Positions 29,676 to 39,316 of a stretch of 64,000 nucleotides of DNA are shown here, in pieces. The notes under the pieces are model-generated. The model was not told where the DNA came from, searched no databases, and worked only from the letters and a program-made list of their open reading frames with translations. Numbering within the stretch: the stretch's first letter is position 1; the number at the start of each line of letters is the position of its first letter. Source of the stretch: an uncultured Candidatus Saccharibacteria bacterium. Its GTDB lineage: Bacteria > Patescibacteriota > Minisyncoccia > UBA6257. A program made the translations under genes and the position numbers. The stretch lies in the NCBI GenBank assembly GCA_964479005.1, contig CAYZJA010000002.1:96001-160000 (forward strand). The letters are read 5' to 3'.

Positions 29676-31821
29676 GATTAGTGGTTTTTTGAGTAAATTC
29701 TTGAAAATTGGCCAGCAATAAAGGCCATTTTTTTAATGTTGGATCTTGCTGGAGAATTTCTTGCGCTTGTTTATGAATTTTTTCTATTAATTCTTTATCA
29801 AGAAGCGAGCTCATAACTAAGTCAGGGATTCCAGATTGTTTAGTGCCTAAAAATTCCCCAGGTCCTCTTAAAGAAAGATCCATTTCTGCTAAGCGGAATC
29901 CATCATTACATTTAACCAATATTCTTAGACGACTGGTAATAGAATGATTAGGCGATTCAGAAAAGAGAAAACAATAAGATTGATAATGAGATCTGCCTAT
30001 TCTGCCTCTAAATTGATGCAATTGCGCTAAGCCAAAATGTTCTGCTCCCTCAATTATCATTAGGGATGCGTTTGGAATGTCAACGCCTACTTCTATTACG
30101 GAAGTAGATACCAAAAGGTTGATTTTGTTTTCTTGAAAATCTTTCATCACAATTTCTTTTTCTTTTGGCTTCATTTTTCCATGTAGCATAGCAACATTTA
30201 AATCAGGGAAGATTTTTTCTGATAATTTTTTGTATTCTTTTTTAACTGCTTTTACTTCATAATTTAGTCGTTCTGATAAAGTGATTAGGTCTTTTGCCCT
30301 AATATCAGATGTTTCTGTTTCTTCAATTCTTGGGCAAATAACAAAAGCTTGCCTGTCTTTATTAATTTCTTCACGAATAAAACCATAAACTTCTTCTCTG
30401 CCTTTTGGAGTAATAACTTTGGTAATTATTTCTTTTCTTCCTTTTGGCAGTTCATCTAACACAGAAAGGTCTAAATCTCCATAAAAAGCCAGAGCCAAAG
30501 TACGAGGAATAGGCGTGGCTGTCATTGATAAAAGATGCGGCATTTCATTTTTATTAGCGTTTTTAGCAATAAGTTTTTTTCTTTGCTCTATGCCAAAGCG
30601 ATGCTGTTCATCAACAATAATTAATCCTAAGCGGCTAAAACGGACATTCTTTTGAATAAGAGCATGAGTTCCGATTACAAGGATGGGATTTGAGGAAGCA
30701 ATGATTTTATTTAATGATTGTTTAGAAATTTTATCTTCTAATCCATCGTCATAAATTTTTGTTGTTGAAGATGTTAGGAGGGCGATTTTTACTTGAAATG
30801 GTTTAAGAATCTTTTTAAATTCATTAAAATGTTGTTTAGCCAATATTTCTGTTGGGGCCATTACAGCCACTTGATATCCTGATTTTATTATTAATAAACT
30901 TGCGGCAACAGCGACTATAGTTTTTCCAGAGCCTACTTCTCCTTCTAAAAGCCGATTCATGGGTCTTTGATGAAGATTTTTAGCGATTTCCCATATTGTT
31001 TTCCTTTGACATTCAGTGAAAGGAAATGATAGAGAACCTGTAAATGATTGAAGAAGAGGAATATTAAGGTTAATTTTTGGGGTTTTTAAAAGGGCGTTTT
31101 TTCTTTTTATTTTTAAAAGATAAAGTTGGGAAAGTAATAATGATTCAAAAACAAATCTTCTCTTTGCCTTTTTTGCCAAAAGTAAAGATGACGGAAAATG
31201 AACTTGATTAAGTGATTCTTGGAGCCCAATTAGCCGATGTTTTTTAAGTATAAAATTAGGAAGCGTATCTTCTATATTTTGGGTCAATTCCAGAAGTGGT
31301 TTAATAAAATAACGCAGCGCTTTAGAGCTTAGGCCTTTTGTTTCTGAATATATAGGGATTAAGCGGCCAGTGTGTTTAAGCTCTTGATAAAATTCTTTTT
31401 CCAGTTTTTGCTTTGAGATGATTTCATAAGATGGACTGGAAAGGATTAACTTTTTTCCTTTTCCTTTTACTTTTCCTGACAGAGAAAGAGTTGCGCCTAA
31501 AGGTATATTTTTTAATAAATAAATTTGATTAAACCAAATTGCAGTAATCTGGCCTGTGTCATCTTCAATTACAGCCTCAATAATAATCATTTTTTTTCTG
31601 AATGTCCGTCTGGCATTAATTTTTTTAACAGTTCCTATTATTGAGCACTTTTCTTCTGGTTTTATTTCATTTATTTTTTTAATTTTGGAAAAATCTTCGT
31701 AACGAAAAGGAAAATACCAAAGTAAATCTTTTATTGTTTTTATTCCTAATTTTTCCAAGTATTTTAAATAACGCGGACCAATACCGCGTAGTTCTGATAC
31801 AGGGTTAGAGAGTTTAATCAT
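29662..31821 (-). CDS. recG: ATP-dependent DNA helicase RecG
   Basis: Helicase motif I GSGKTIVAVAA, DEQHRFG, and C-terminal QLHQFRGRIGRS. Start set at the MIKLSNP Met because the longer ORF would run into the tRNA at 31835-31911. Confidence 0.85.
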   Translation of the reverse strand: MIKLSNPVSELRGIGPRYLKYLEKLGIKTIKDLLWYFPFRYEDFSKIKKINEIKPEEKCSIIGTVKKINARRTFRKKMIIIEAVIEDDTGQITAIWFNQIYLLKNIPLGATLSLSGKVKGKGKKLILSSPSYEIISKQKLEKEFYQELKHTGRLIPIYSETKGLSSKALRYFIKPLLELTQNIEDTLPNFILKKHRLIGLQESLNQVHFPSSLLLAKKAKRRFVFESLLLSQLYLLKIKRKNALLKTPKINLNIPLLQSFTGSLSFPFTECQRKTIWEIAKNLHQRPMNRLLEGEVGSGKTIVAVAASLLIIKSGYQVAVMAPTEILAKQHFNEFKKILKPFQVKIALLTSSTTKIYDDGLEDKISKQSLNKIIASSNPILVIGTHALIQKNVRFSRLGLIIVDEQHRFGIEQRKKLIAKNANKNEMPHLLSMTATPIPRTLALAFYGDLDLSVLDELPKGRKEIITKVITPKGREEVYGFIREEINKDRQAFVICPRIEETETSDIRAKDLITLSERLNYEVKAVKKEYKKLSEKIFPDLNVAMLHGKMKPKEKEIVMKDFQENKINLLVSTSVIEVGVDIPNASLMIIEGAEHFGLAQLHQFRGRIGRSHYQSYCFLFSESPNHSITSRLRILVKCNDGFRLAEMDLSLRGPGEFLGTKQSGIPDLVMSSLLDKELIEKIHKQAQEILQQDPTLKKWPLLLANFQEFTQKTTNLRVT

Positions 31822-31834
31822 AGTGTTATGTAAG

Positions 31835-31911
31835 TGGTCCCCTCGGCAGGACTCGAACCTGTAATCTCCAACTCCGCAAGTTGATGCTTTGTCCAATTAA
31901 GCTACGAGGGG
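31835..31911 (-). tRNA. tRNA-Arg (anticodon GCG), CCA encoded
   Basis: Reverse complement folds as acceptor CCCCTCG/CGAGGGG, anticodon stem TCAAC/GTTGG with loop TTGCGGA, T-loop GGTTCGAGTCC, discriminator A. Confidence 0.7.
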
Positions 31912-31994
31912 AAGCATGTTTTAAAAATATCACGAAAGAGTCATATTTTCAAGGAATTTTCTAATATTTTTCTTTTGTGATATGATAAATCCAA

Positions 31995-32717
31995 ATGGAA
32001 CATTACTCAACTTTAGCTTTTGTTTTAAGGCAAGAACCAATTAAGGAGCATGATCGCCGCTATATCTTTTTTACCCAAGAATTTGGAAAATTAAGTTTAT
32101 TAGCTCCAGGGGCAAGAAAAATTAATGCTAAACTTGCAGGACATTTGGAAACACCAACATTAGCGCAGATTCAATTTGCAATGTCGCATAATCCGCGCTT
32201 GATTACCGCATTGGAAGAAATTCCTTATTTGGGGATAAAGAAAAAAAAGAAAGCCCTTACCATAGCTTTTTGGATTGCAGATTTAGTTAACGGGTTAGTT
32301 ATAGAGAAACAATCTGATGCTGATATTTGGAAACTACTTCTTGATACCTTTTATTTTTTGGAAAAGAATTTAAATAAATTTCCTGAGATAGCTGATTTTA
32401 CGTGGATATATTTTAATGCTCAATTTTTGAAAATTCTTGGTTTTTCACCATTCTTAGATGGATGTATTGAATGTGGCAGTAAAATTAATAATAAATTTTT
32501 TAGTTTTGAGAGAAAAGGAATTATTTGCCAGTTGCACCATGACAAAAATGACTGGCCTATTAGCAGCCAACAAAGAAAATTTTTAAATTTTTTATTTAAT
32601 TCCACTTTTCGGGATTTCTTACGAGTCATTCTTGTTAGAGAGATTCTCAAAGAAAAGGAATATCTTCAGAAGTTTCTTGATAAATTTACTTTAATAATAA
32701 AATCAGATATAATGTAG
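31995..32717 (+). CDS. recO: DNA repair protein RecO
   Basis: N-terminal OB-fold region (VLRQEPIKEHDRRYIFFTQEFGKLSLLAPGARK) and a C-terminal Cys/His zinc-finger-like CIECGSK...C..HH. Confidence 0.7.
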   Translation: MEHYSTLAFVLRQEPIKEHDRRYIFFTQEFGKLSLLAPGARKINAKLAGHLETPTLAQIQFAMSHNPRLITALEEIPYLGIKKKKKALTIAFWIADLVNGLVIEKQSDADIWKLLLDTFYFLEKNLNKFPEIADFTWIYFNAQFLKILGFSPFLDGCIECGSKINNKFFSFERKGIICQLHHDKNDWPISSQQRKFLNFLFNSTFRDFLRVILVREILKEKEYLQKFLDKFTLIIKSDIM

Positions 32718-32802
32718 TAACATTGCTAAGGTAATATAGTAATATTGTTGCTGTAATGTAGTAACATTGCTAACGTAATACAGTAGTATTGTCGATATAA
32801 TA
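32713..32802. repeat. Four tandem ~22-bp repeats (AATGTAGTAACATTGCTAAGGT-like), i.e. two 44-bp units
   Basis: aatgtagtaacattgctaaggt / aatatagtaatattgttgctgt / aatgtagtaacattgctaacgt / aatacagtagtattgtcgatat lie directly upstream of the gene at 32836. Confidence 0.6.
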
Positions 32803-32835
32803 TAAAGTAATTATTATAAATTAGAAACAAATATT

Positions 32836-34575
32836 ATGAAAATCAAAGATTTTTTAAAAACTTTTTGGGGTGGAGCATTGGTCACAATCCTTATCTTAGC
32901 TGCAGGTTATTTTGTTTGGAGTTTTGTAAAAAGCGGAGGAATAACTTTTGCTTTTTTAGGGCCAGACGAAGCAAAGTCAGGCGAGATAAAAGAATTTCAT
33001 TTTGTTTTAAATAATAATTCCAGAGTAAGCCTTCAGGAAGTAGAAGCGGAAATTAATCTTCCAGAAGGAGTGATAGCTGTTGATAATCCAGACCAGAAAA
33101 CTATCTTATATAGTTTAGGCGAAATGCCTCCTCGCGGCTCAGAAGATAAAATAATAAAATTATTAATTACTGGTGAGCCTAAGACAGTTAAAAATATTGA
33201 GGCTATACTTCGCTATCGCCCTAAAACGCTCAGTTCTGTTTTCGAAAAAAAAGAAATAAAAACTGTTTTAATCTCTGGCTCTTCTTTCCAACTGGAATTA
33301 GTAACCCTTAATCAAGTTTTTTCTGAACAGATTTTTCCATTAGAAATAAATTGGGAAAATCTTTCCAGTTATACATTTGATAATGTTGAAATTAGGGCAG
33401 AATGGCCATCAGGATTTGTCTTCCAAGAATCTAATCCTGAGATTTCTTCTGAAAGCTCAGAATATAATAGGTGGACATTAGGAGAATTGAGTCCAGCCAG
33501 TCATGGAAAAATAATAGTGAAAGGATTTACTACTGGTCAGCCAGGCGAGACAAAAAGAACGATTTTGCACTTAGGCATGATTAAGGATAATGTTTTTCTT
33601 CCTTTGGCTAAAACCGAAGGCTATACGACTTTAATAAGAAATCCTTTATTAATTTCATCTTTAGTTAACAGTGAAATAATTCATAATGCCGATTTGGGTG
33701 AAACATTAAATTTTGTTATTGATTATCAGAATAATTATTCTGCCACTTTAAGAAACTTGGTGGTAAAAGTAGTTTTTAGCGGAGATGTTTTTGATTTTTC
33801 TACTCTAAGAGCGCCTAATGGTGCGTTTTCCTCACGCTTGAAAACCTTAACTTGGGAAGGAACAAAAGTACCCCAGCTTTACGCGCTTAATCCTGGCGAG
33901 CGTGGAAATCTTCCATTTTCCATAAAGCTTAAAAAGGATTGGCCGATGAGAAGCCAAGCTCAAAAAAATATAGTTTTGGAAACGCATATTACTATTGAGA
34001 GCTCTAATATTCCAGAGCAGTTAGAAGTTTCTGAGTTACCGCGCGCAGCTGCTTTAAATACGATTAAACTTAATTCAGATAGTAAAGTGGTAATTGGCAG
34101 TTATTTTCGAGATGCTTCTTCAGGAATTGCTAACACAGGAACCCTTCCCTTAAAAGCAGATGAATCAACTGATTTTACTATTCATTGGAAAATTATTAAT
34201 AATTTCAACGCTCTAAAAAATATAACCATAAGAACTACATTGCCTCTTTGGGTGGAATTTACTGGCCAAATTGCAGGGGATTATGGGCAAAATCCGCCAT
34301 ATTATGATTCTGCAATAAGGGAAGTTTCGTGGGCTATTCCTTCTGTTCCTGCCGGCTCAGGAGTTTTAACCAAAGCATCAGAAGCTATCTTTCAGATTAA
34401 AGTTACTCCTTCATCGTCCCAAGTAAATCAGGAGATTGACTTACTTGCTAATACAATTTTTACAGCCACAGATGCGTTCACAGGAAAAAATATTTCATTT
34501 AGTTATCCTGTTGTTAAATCTACGCAATTAACTGATAAGACTGTTTTTGCTGGAGATGGAATAGTAAGACCCTAG
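32836..34575 (+). CDS. Hypothetical large secreted/membrane-anchored protein
   Basis: 579 aa with an N-terminal TM helix. No motif I can recognise. Confidence 0.4.
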   Translation: MKIKDFLKTFWGGALVTILILAAGYFVWSFVKSGGITFAFLGPDEAKSGEIKEFHFVLNNNSRVSLQEVEAEINLPEGVIAVDNPDQKTILYSLGEMPPRGSEDKIIKLLITGEPKTVKNIEAILRYRPKTLSSVFEKKEIKTVLISGSSFQLELVTLNQVFSEQIFPLEINWENLSSYTFDNVEIRAEWPSGFVFQESNPEISSESSEYNRWTLGELSPASHGKIIVKGFTTGQPGETKRTILHLGMIKDNVFLPLAKTEGYTTLIRNPLLISSLVNSEIIHNADLGETLNFVIDYQNNYSATLRNLVVKVVFSGDVFDFSTLRAPNGAFSSRLKTLTWEGTKVPQLYALNPGERGNLPFSIKLKKDWPMRSQAQKNIVLETHITIESSNIPEQLEVSELPRAAALNTIKLNSDSKVVIGSYFRDASSGIANTGTLPLKADESTDFTIHWKIINNFNALKNITIRTTLPLWVEFTGQIAGDYGQNPPYYDSAIREVSWAIPSVPAGSGVLTKASEAIFQIKVTPSSSQVNQEIDLLANTIFTATDAFTGKNISFSYPVVKSTQLTDKTVFAGDGIVRP

Positions 34576-34595
34576 TAAATAATTTTTAATTTGTT

Positions 34596-35963
34596 ATGGC
34601 AAATGATTTAATGGAAAAAATTATATCTTTGTGTAAAAGGCGTGGTTTTGTTTATCCCTCTTCTGAGATTTATGGAGGGTTTGCTAATATCTATGATTTT
34701 GGACCATTAGGTTCGCTTTTAGCTAAAAATATTCGGGATGTCTGGATTAAAAAGATGGTTCAAGAGCGAAACGATATGTATTTAATTGATGGCTCGATTT
34801 TAATGCATCCAAAGGCATGGGAAGCCAGTGGGCATACTGCTGCCTTTACCGATCCTTTAATACAATGCCCATCGTGTAAAAAAAGATTTCGAGCAGATAC
34901 ATTAGAAGGCTGGAAACTAGAAAAAGATAATCAAACAGGAAAATGGAATGTTTTGAATCAAGGGAGTTTAATTTGCCCAGATTGTAATGGGGATTTAATT
35001 CCAGATGTTAAAGAATTCAATCTTTTAATGACAACAAGCGTAGGTTCAATTGAAGGGGAAAAGACGGAAGTATATCTTAAGGGTGAATCGTGCCAGAATA
35101 TTTATCTTGATTTTTTGCCAATAAGGGATACGATGGGAGCAAAAATTCCATTTGGTGTTGCGCAAGTTGGTAAAGCTTTTCGTAATGAAATTACATTAGG
35201 TAAATTTCTCTTTAAGGTGAGAGAATTTGAGCAAATGGATATTGAATATTTTTGTTCGCCAGAAGAAGCTAAAAGATTATATGAGGAATGGAAAGATATT
35301 AGATTTAACTGGTATGTTGATACAATTGGCTTAAGTAAAAATAGGCTTCGTTGGAGGCAGCATTTTTCTGAAGAAAGAATTTTTTATGCCAGAGATGCAT
35401 GGGATATTGAGTACAAATTCTTTGATGAGTTTGAGGAATTAGAAGGAATTCATGATCGTTCTGATTATGATTTAAAACAACAAGGAAAGTTTTCTGGAAA
35501 AGCGCTTGATTATTTTGATCCAATAAGCAAAACAAGATTTACTCCAAACATTATTGAATGTTCTGGTGGCCTTCAAAGGACTTTTTTGGCTATTTTAGCA
35601 GAGAGCTATCAAGAAGAGAAAGTAAAAGATGAAAAAAGAGTGTTTTTGAAAATTAAACCGAGCCTTTCTCCATATAAGGTGGCTGTTTTTCCTTTAGTTG
35701 CAAATAAAGATAATTTAACTGAGAAAGCTAAAGATGTCTTTAATCTTTTAAAACCTGAATTTATGACAATGTGGGATAGCATTGGTAATATAGGAAAGAG
35801 ATATCGACGTCAGGATGAGATCGGAACACCTTGGTGTATAACAGTGGATTACCCAACATTAGAAGATAATACTGTTACAATTCGTGATAGGGACACAATG
35901 AAACAACAAAGAATTAAAATCGAAGAAATTATTGGATGGATAAAAGAACAATTAAATGTATAA
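34596..35963 (+). CDS. glyQS: Glycyl-tRNA synthetase, dimeric archaeal/eukaryote-type
   Basis: Begins with the conserved RRGFVYPSSEIYGGFANIYDFGPLG. Class II motifs and an embedded zinc-binding insertion. 455 aa. Confidence 0.9.
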   Translation: MANDLMEKIISLCKRRGFVYPSSEIYGGFANIYDFGPLGSLLAKNIRDVWIKKMVQERNDMYLIDGSILMHPKAWEASGHTAAFTDPLIQCPSCKKRFRADTLEGWKLEKDNQTGKWNVLNQGSLICPDCNGDLIPDVKEFNLLMTTSVGSIEGEKTEVYLKGESCQNIYLDFLPIRDTMGAKIPFGVAQVGKAFRNEITLGKFLFKVREFEQMDIEYFCSPEEAKRLYEEWKDIRFNWYVDTIGLSKNRLRWRQHFSEERIFYARDAWDIEYKFFDEFEELEGIHDRSDYDLKQQGKFSGKALDYFDPISKTRFTPNIIECSGGLQRTFLAILAESYQEEKVKDEKRVFLKIKPSLSPYKVAVFPLVANKDNLTEKAKDVFNLLKPEFMTMWDSIGNIGKRYRRQDEIGTPWCITVDYPTLEDNTVTIRDRDTMKQQRIKIEEIIGWIKEQLNV

Positions 35964-37227
35964 ATTTAAACTTACAAAGCTAAATAACGGCTTAAGGATT
36001 CTTACTGTTCCTTCAAAAGAATCCTTTTCTTTTAAAGTGGCAGTTTTAGTTAATACTGGCGCTGATTTTGAAACTAAAAAAAACAATGGAATTTCTCATT
36101 TTTTAGAACACTTATGCTTTAAAGGGACTAAGAAACGTCCTTCTAATTTTGCAATTACCCAGGAATTAGATAACATTGGTGGATCTTATAGCGCTTTTAC
36201 AAGTGAAGAGTGTATGGGTTATTATGCTTTGGTATCTCAACAAAAAAAGGATTTGGCTTTAGATATTGTTTCTGATATTTATTTAAATTCCCAATTTCCA
36301 CAAAGAGAAATAAAAAAAGAAAAAGGGGTGATTATTGAAGAAGTTAATACGTACAAAGATAATCCTCAAAGTTATATTTGGGATCTTTGGGAAAGATTGT
36401 TATATGGCCATCAGGCAGTTGGGCGTTCTATCTTAGGAACAAAAACAAATATTAAAAACTTTAAAAGGGATGATTTGTTGAAATATTATGAATCTCAGTA
36501 TAAAGCAAAGTCTACTTTAGTAGTAGTAAGTGGAAACTTTAATGAGAAGGAGATTATTAGTAAAGTAAAAGATTGTTTTCGTGATATTAGATTGGGTAAA
36601 GGCAAGACTAAAGAATTAGTAAAAGAAAAACAAAATAAACCGCAAGTATTTATAAAAAACAAAAAAACAGATCAGACTCATTTAATTTTAGGATTTAGAG
36701 GCATAAATCTATTTGACAAAAGACGATATGCTTTGAACGTATTAAATGCTATTTTTGATGGAGGTATGTCCAGCATTCTTTTTCAGACTATTAGAGAAAA
36801 ATTAGGCGTAGCTTATGATATCAATAGCAACCTTTCTTATTCTACTGATCATGGTTTTTGGGCAGTGGCAACAGGCATAGACAATAACCGCCTAGAAGAA
36901 GTGATTATTTCTGTTTTAGAAGAATGGAAGAAGTTTAAAAGAAAACCGGTTGAGATTAAAGATATTAAAAAAGCTAAAAGCTATATTACTGGTAAACTTG
37001 CATTAGGCCTAGAAAATGTTCATAATGTAGCTAGTAGTTTTGCTCTTCTAGAATTATTAAAGCAAAAAATAGAAACGCCAGATCAATATTTAAAAAAGAT
37101 TAGACAAGTTACTGCGCGCGATATTCAGAAAGTGGCAGAAGATTTATTACAACCTCAGTCTCTAAATTTAACTTTAATTGGTCCTCACAAAAATAAACAG
37201 AAATTACAAAAATTGCTTCATGTTTAA
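35956..37227 (+). CDS. M16-family (pitrilysin-like) zinc peptidase
   Basis: Inverted zinc motif HFLEH (HxxEH) near the N-terminus. 423 aa. Confidence 0.75.
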   Translation: MYKFKLTKLNNGLRILTVPSKESFSFKVAVLVNTGADFETKKNNGISHFLEHLCFKGTKKRPSNFAITQELDNIGGSYSAFTSEECMGYYALVSQQKKDLALDIVSDIYLNSQFPQREIKKEKGVIIEEVNTYKDNPQSYIWDLWERLLYGHQAVGRSILGTKTNIKNFKRDDLLKYYESQYKAKSTLVVVSGNFNEKEIISKVKDCFRDIRLGKGKTKELVKEKQNKPQVFIKNKKTDQTHLILGFRGINLFDKRRYALNVLNAIFDGGMSSILFQTIREKLGVAYDINSNLSYSTDHGFWAVATGIDNNRLEEVIISVLEEWKKFKRKPVEIKDIKKAKSYITGKLALGLENVHNVASSFALLELLKQKIETPDQYLKKIRQVTARDIQKVAEDLLQPQSLNLTLIGPHKNKQKLQKLLHV

Positions 37228-38269
37228 AACAGCTCAAAATATAGATATTTCCTGGCAGAGCATTTTACGGCTTTATGTTATTTTATTGGTTTTTATCGCA
37301 GCTTGGTACTTTAGGCAGGCTATTTTTATTATTTTACTTGGTTTTATTGTAGCTTCGCTTTTGGATAGGCCAATAGATTATTTTGAAGAGAAGTGGAAAA
37401 ATCGTTGGCTGGCAACTTTTATCATTTATTTTATCTTTTTAAGTGTATTAGGATTGATTGCTTATTTATTTATTCCAGTTTTTAATAATTATATAGTTGG
37501 GTTTTTAGATTTTTTCCCATCATGGATGAATAAAGGAGCCTTTCTTCAACTATGGCAAGGATGGCAATCTGTAGAATTTCCAATGCAAAATTGGCTAAGT
37601 TTGTTAGGTATTTCCCAGGGACAATTATCAGAATTTTTGCTTCAGTCTGGTAATTTGCTCACCAAGATTTTGGGAGGAGCTTTTTCTGCTTTTTTTGTTC
37701 TTCTTTTGTCTTTTTTTATTAATACAGAAAAAAAAGGAATAGAAAAAGCAATTCGTTTGATTTTTCCAAGCGCTTATGAAGATTACGCGGTTTATCTTTG
37801 GGGAAAAACACGCCGTAAAGTTGGAAGTTGGTTTTTTAGCCAATTAATTCTTAGTTGTATAGTTGGGAGCTTGGTTTTTATTAGCCTAAAAATGTTAGGA
37901 GTTCCTCAAGCTGAATTTTTAGCAATATTAGCTGCTCTATTTGATTTTATTCCATATGTAGGCCCTTTAATTATTGGTTTTGTAGCATTCTTAGTTGGAA
38001 TAAGTCAAAGTTTATTCCTGGGAATTTCAATACTAATTATTTTTATTATCATTCAGGCCATTGAAGGTTTTATCGGCCCATTATTGCGGGCTAAAACAAT
38101 GAAATTAAATCCATTGGTAATTATTTTAGCTGTTTTAATTGGTGGAAAATTAGCTGGAGTTGCCGGGATTATTATTGCTTTACCATTAGCAGCAGCCGCA
38201 ATTGGGTTGATTAGGGATATCCAAACAGGTCGCATCACTGCTTATTTACCACAGAAACAGCTTTTATAA
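37178..38269 (+). CDS. AI-2E family transporter (PerM-like permease)
   Basis: Eight-TM protein with the FDFIPYVGPLIIGFVAFLVG motif. The true start may be the internal Met (MFKTAQ, around 37217). Confidence 0.75.
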   Translation: MVLTKINRNYKNCFMFKTAQNIDISWQSILRLYVILLVFIAAWYFRQAIFIILLGFIVASLLDRPIDYFEEKWKNRWLATFIIYFIFLSVLGLIAYLFIPVFNNYIVGFLDFFPSWMNKGAFLQLWQGWQSVEFPMQNWLSLLGISQGQLSEFLLQSGNLLTKILGGAFSAFFVLLLSFFINTEKKGIEKAIRLIFPSAYEDYAVYLWGKTRRKVGSWFFSQLILSCIVGSLVFISLKMLGVPQAEFLAILAALFDFIPYVGPLIIGFVAFLVGISQSLFLGISILIIFIIIQAIEGFIGPLLRAKTMKLNPLVIILAVLIGGKLAGVAGIIIALPLAAAAIGLIRDIQTGRITAYLPQKQLL

Positions 38270-38286
38270 AATAGCCCCATCTGAAT

Positions 38287-39279
38287 ATGGTGAACATTTT
38301 AATTTCCAAAATTGATTTAAAAAATCTATATTTAGATAAAAAATTAACTACTTATGATATAGCTAAATTTTATAATTGTTCTCAGGGAACAATATGGAAA
38401 AGATTAAAAAGATTTAATATAAAAACGAGATTTTCTTGGAATGAGGTCAACCTTTCTAAGAAAAAACTGAGGGATTTATATACTAAAGATAAATTATCTA
38501 CTTGGCAGATAGAAAAGATTTTGAAAATACCTAGGAGTACAATTTATAGAAAACTTATAGATTATAATATTCCTGTAAGAAATCTGGCGCAGTCTCATAT
38601 TATTTATCCACGAAAGAATTTTAATGGAAACAAAACAGAAAAGGCTTATCTTATGGGTTTTGCAATTGGGGATTTAAGAGTAAGAAAAATATATAAAAAT
38701 AGTGAAACAATTCACATTGATTGTGGCTCTACTAAGAAAGAACAGATAAAACTTATATCAGATTTATTTAAACCTTATGGAAGGGTTTGGATTAGTAAAC
38801 CCAATAGGATAAAAGCTGTTCAAATAGAGTGTTCTGTCAATAATTCTTTCGGTTTTTTGCTAGAAAAGAAGAAATTTTTAGATAACTGGATTTTAGCTAA
38901 CAAAAGATATTTCTTTTCTTTCTTAGCAGGTTTTACTGATGCTGAAGGATGTATTTCAGTAACGTCAAAAGGACAAGCTTTCTATTCTTTAGGAAATTAT
39001 AATGATACACTCTTAAAACAAATAAGGGATAGACTCATTCGATGGGGAATAGAGGTGCCGAAACTTACTAGAAGCCGGACACATTTAGGGTATATTACTA
39101 AAGAGGGCTATACGATTAATCATATTTATTGGATACTGCACATTAATAGAAAACAATTCCTTCTGTTATTATTTGATTTAATGGGCCCGCATCTTAAGCA
39201 TTTTGCAAAAATTCAGGGGTTATTAAAGGCTCAAAAAAATATAGAAGAAAGAAATAAAAAAATTTTTAATTTAAAATGA
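38287..39279 (+). CDS. Free-standing double-motif LAGLIDADG homing-endonuclease-like protein with two N-terminal HTH repeats
   Basis: Motifs YLMGFAIGDL and FLAGFTDAEGCISV about 90 aa apart. Residues 8-100 form a tandem duplication (LTTYDIAKFYNCSQGTIWKRLKRFNI / LSTWQIEKILKIPRSTIYRKLIDYNI) that looks like HTH modules. Confidence 0.6.
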   Translation: MVNILISKIDLKNLYLDKKLTTYDIAKFYNCSQGTIWKRLKRFNIKTRFSWNEVNLSKKKLRDLYTKDKLSTWQIEKILKIPRSTIYRKLIDYNIPVRNLAQSHIIYPRKNFNGNKTEKAYLMGFAIGDLRVRKIYKNSETIHIDCGSTKKEQIKLISDLFKPYGRVWISKPNRIKAVQIECSVNNSFGFLLEKKKFLDNWILANKRYFFSFLAGFTDAEGCISVTSKGQAFYSLGNYNDTLLKQIRDRLIRWGIEVPKLTRSRTHLGYITKEGYTINHIYWILHINRKQFLLLLFDLMGPHLKHFAKIQGLLKAQKNIEERNKKIFNLK

Positions 39280-39316
39280 AACATAAATAAATATAATTTT
39301 CAAAAATAAACTTTTT

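Noticed and set aside
31822-31896. N-terminal extension of the recG ORF (MDKASTCGVGDYRFESCRGDHLHNT)
   Set aside because: It overlaps the tRNA-Arg(GCG) gene on the same strand. RecG more plausibly starts at the internal Met (MIKLSNP).
38287-39279. Intein or group I intron context for the LAGLIDADG gene
   Set aside because: The flanking genes (AI-2E permease, metG) are intact and uninterrupted, and the ORF has its own start and stop. It is therefore free-standing, not an intein or intron-encoded endonuclease.
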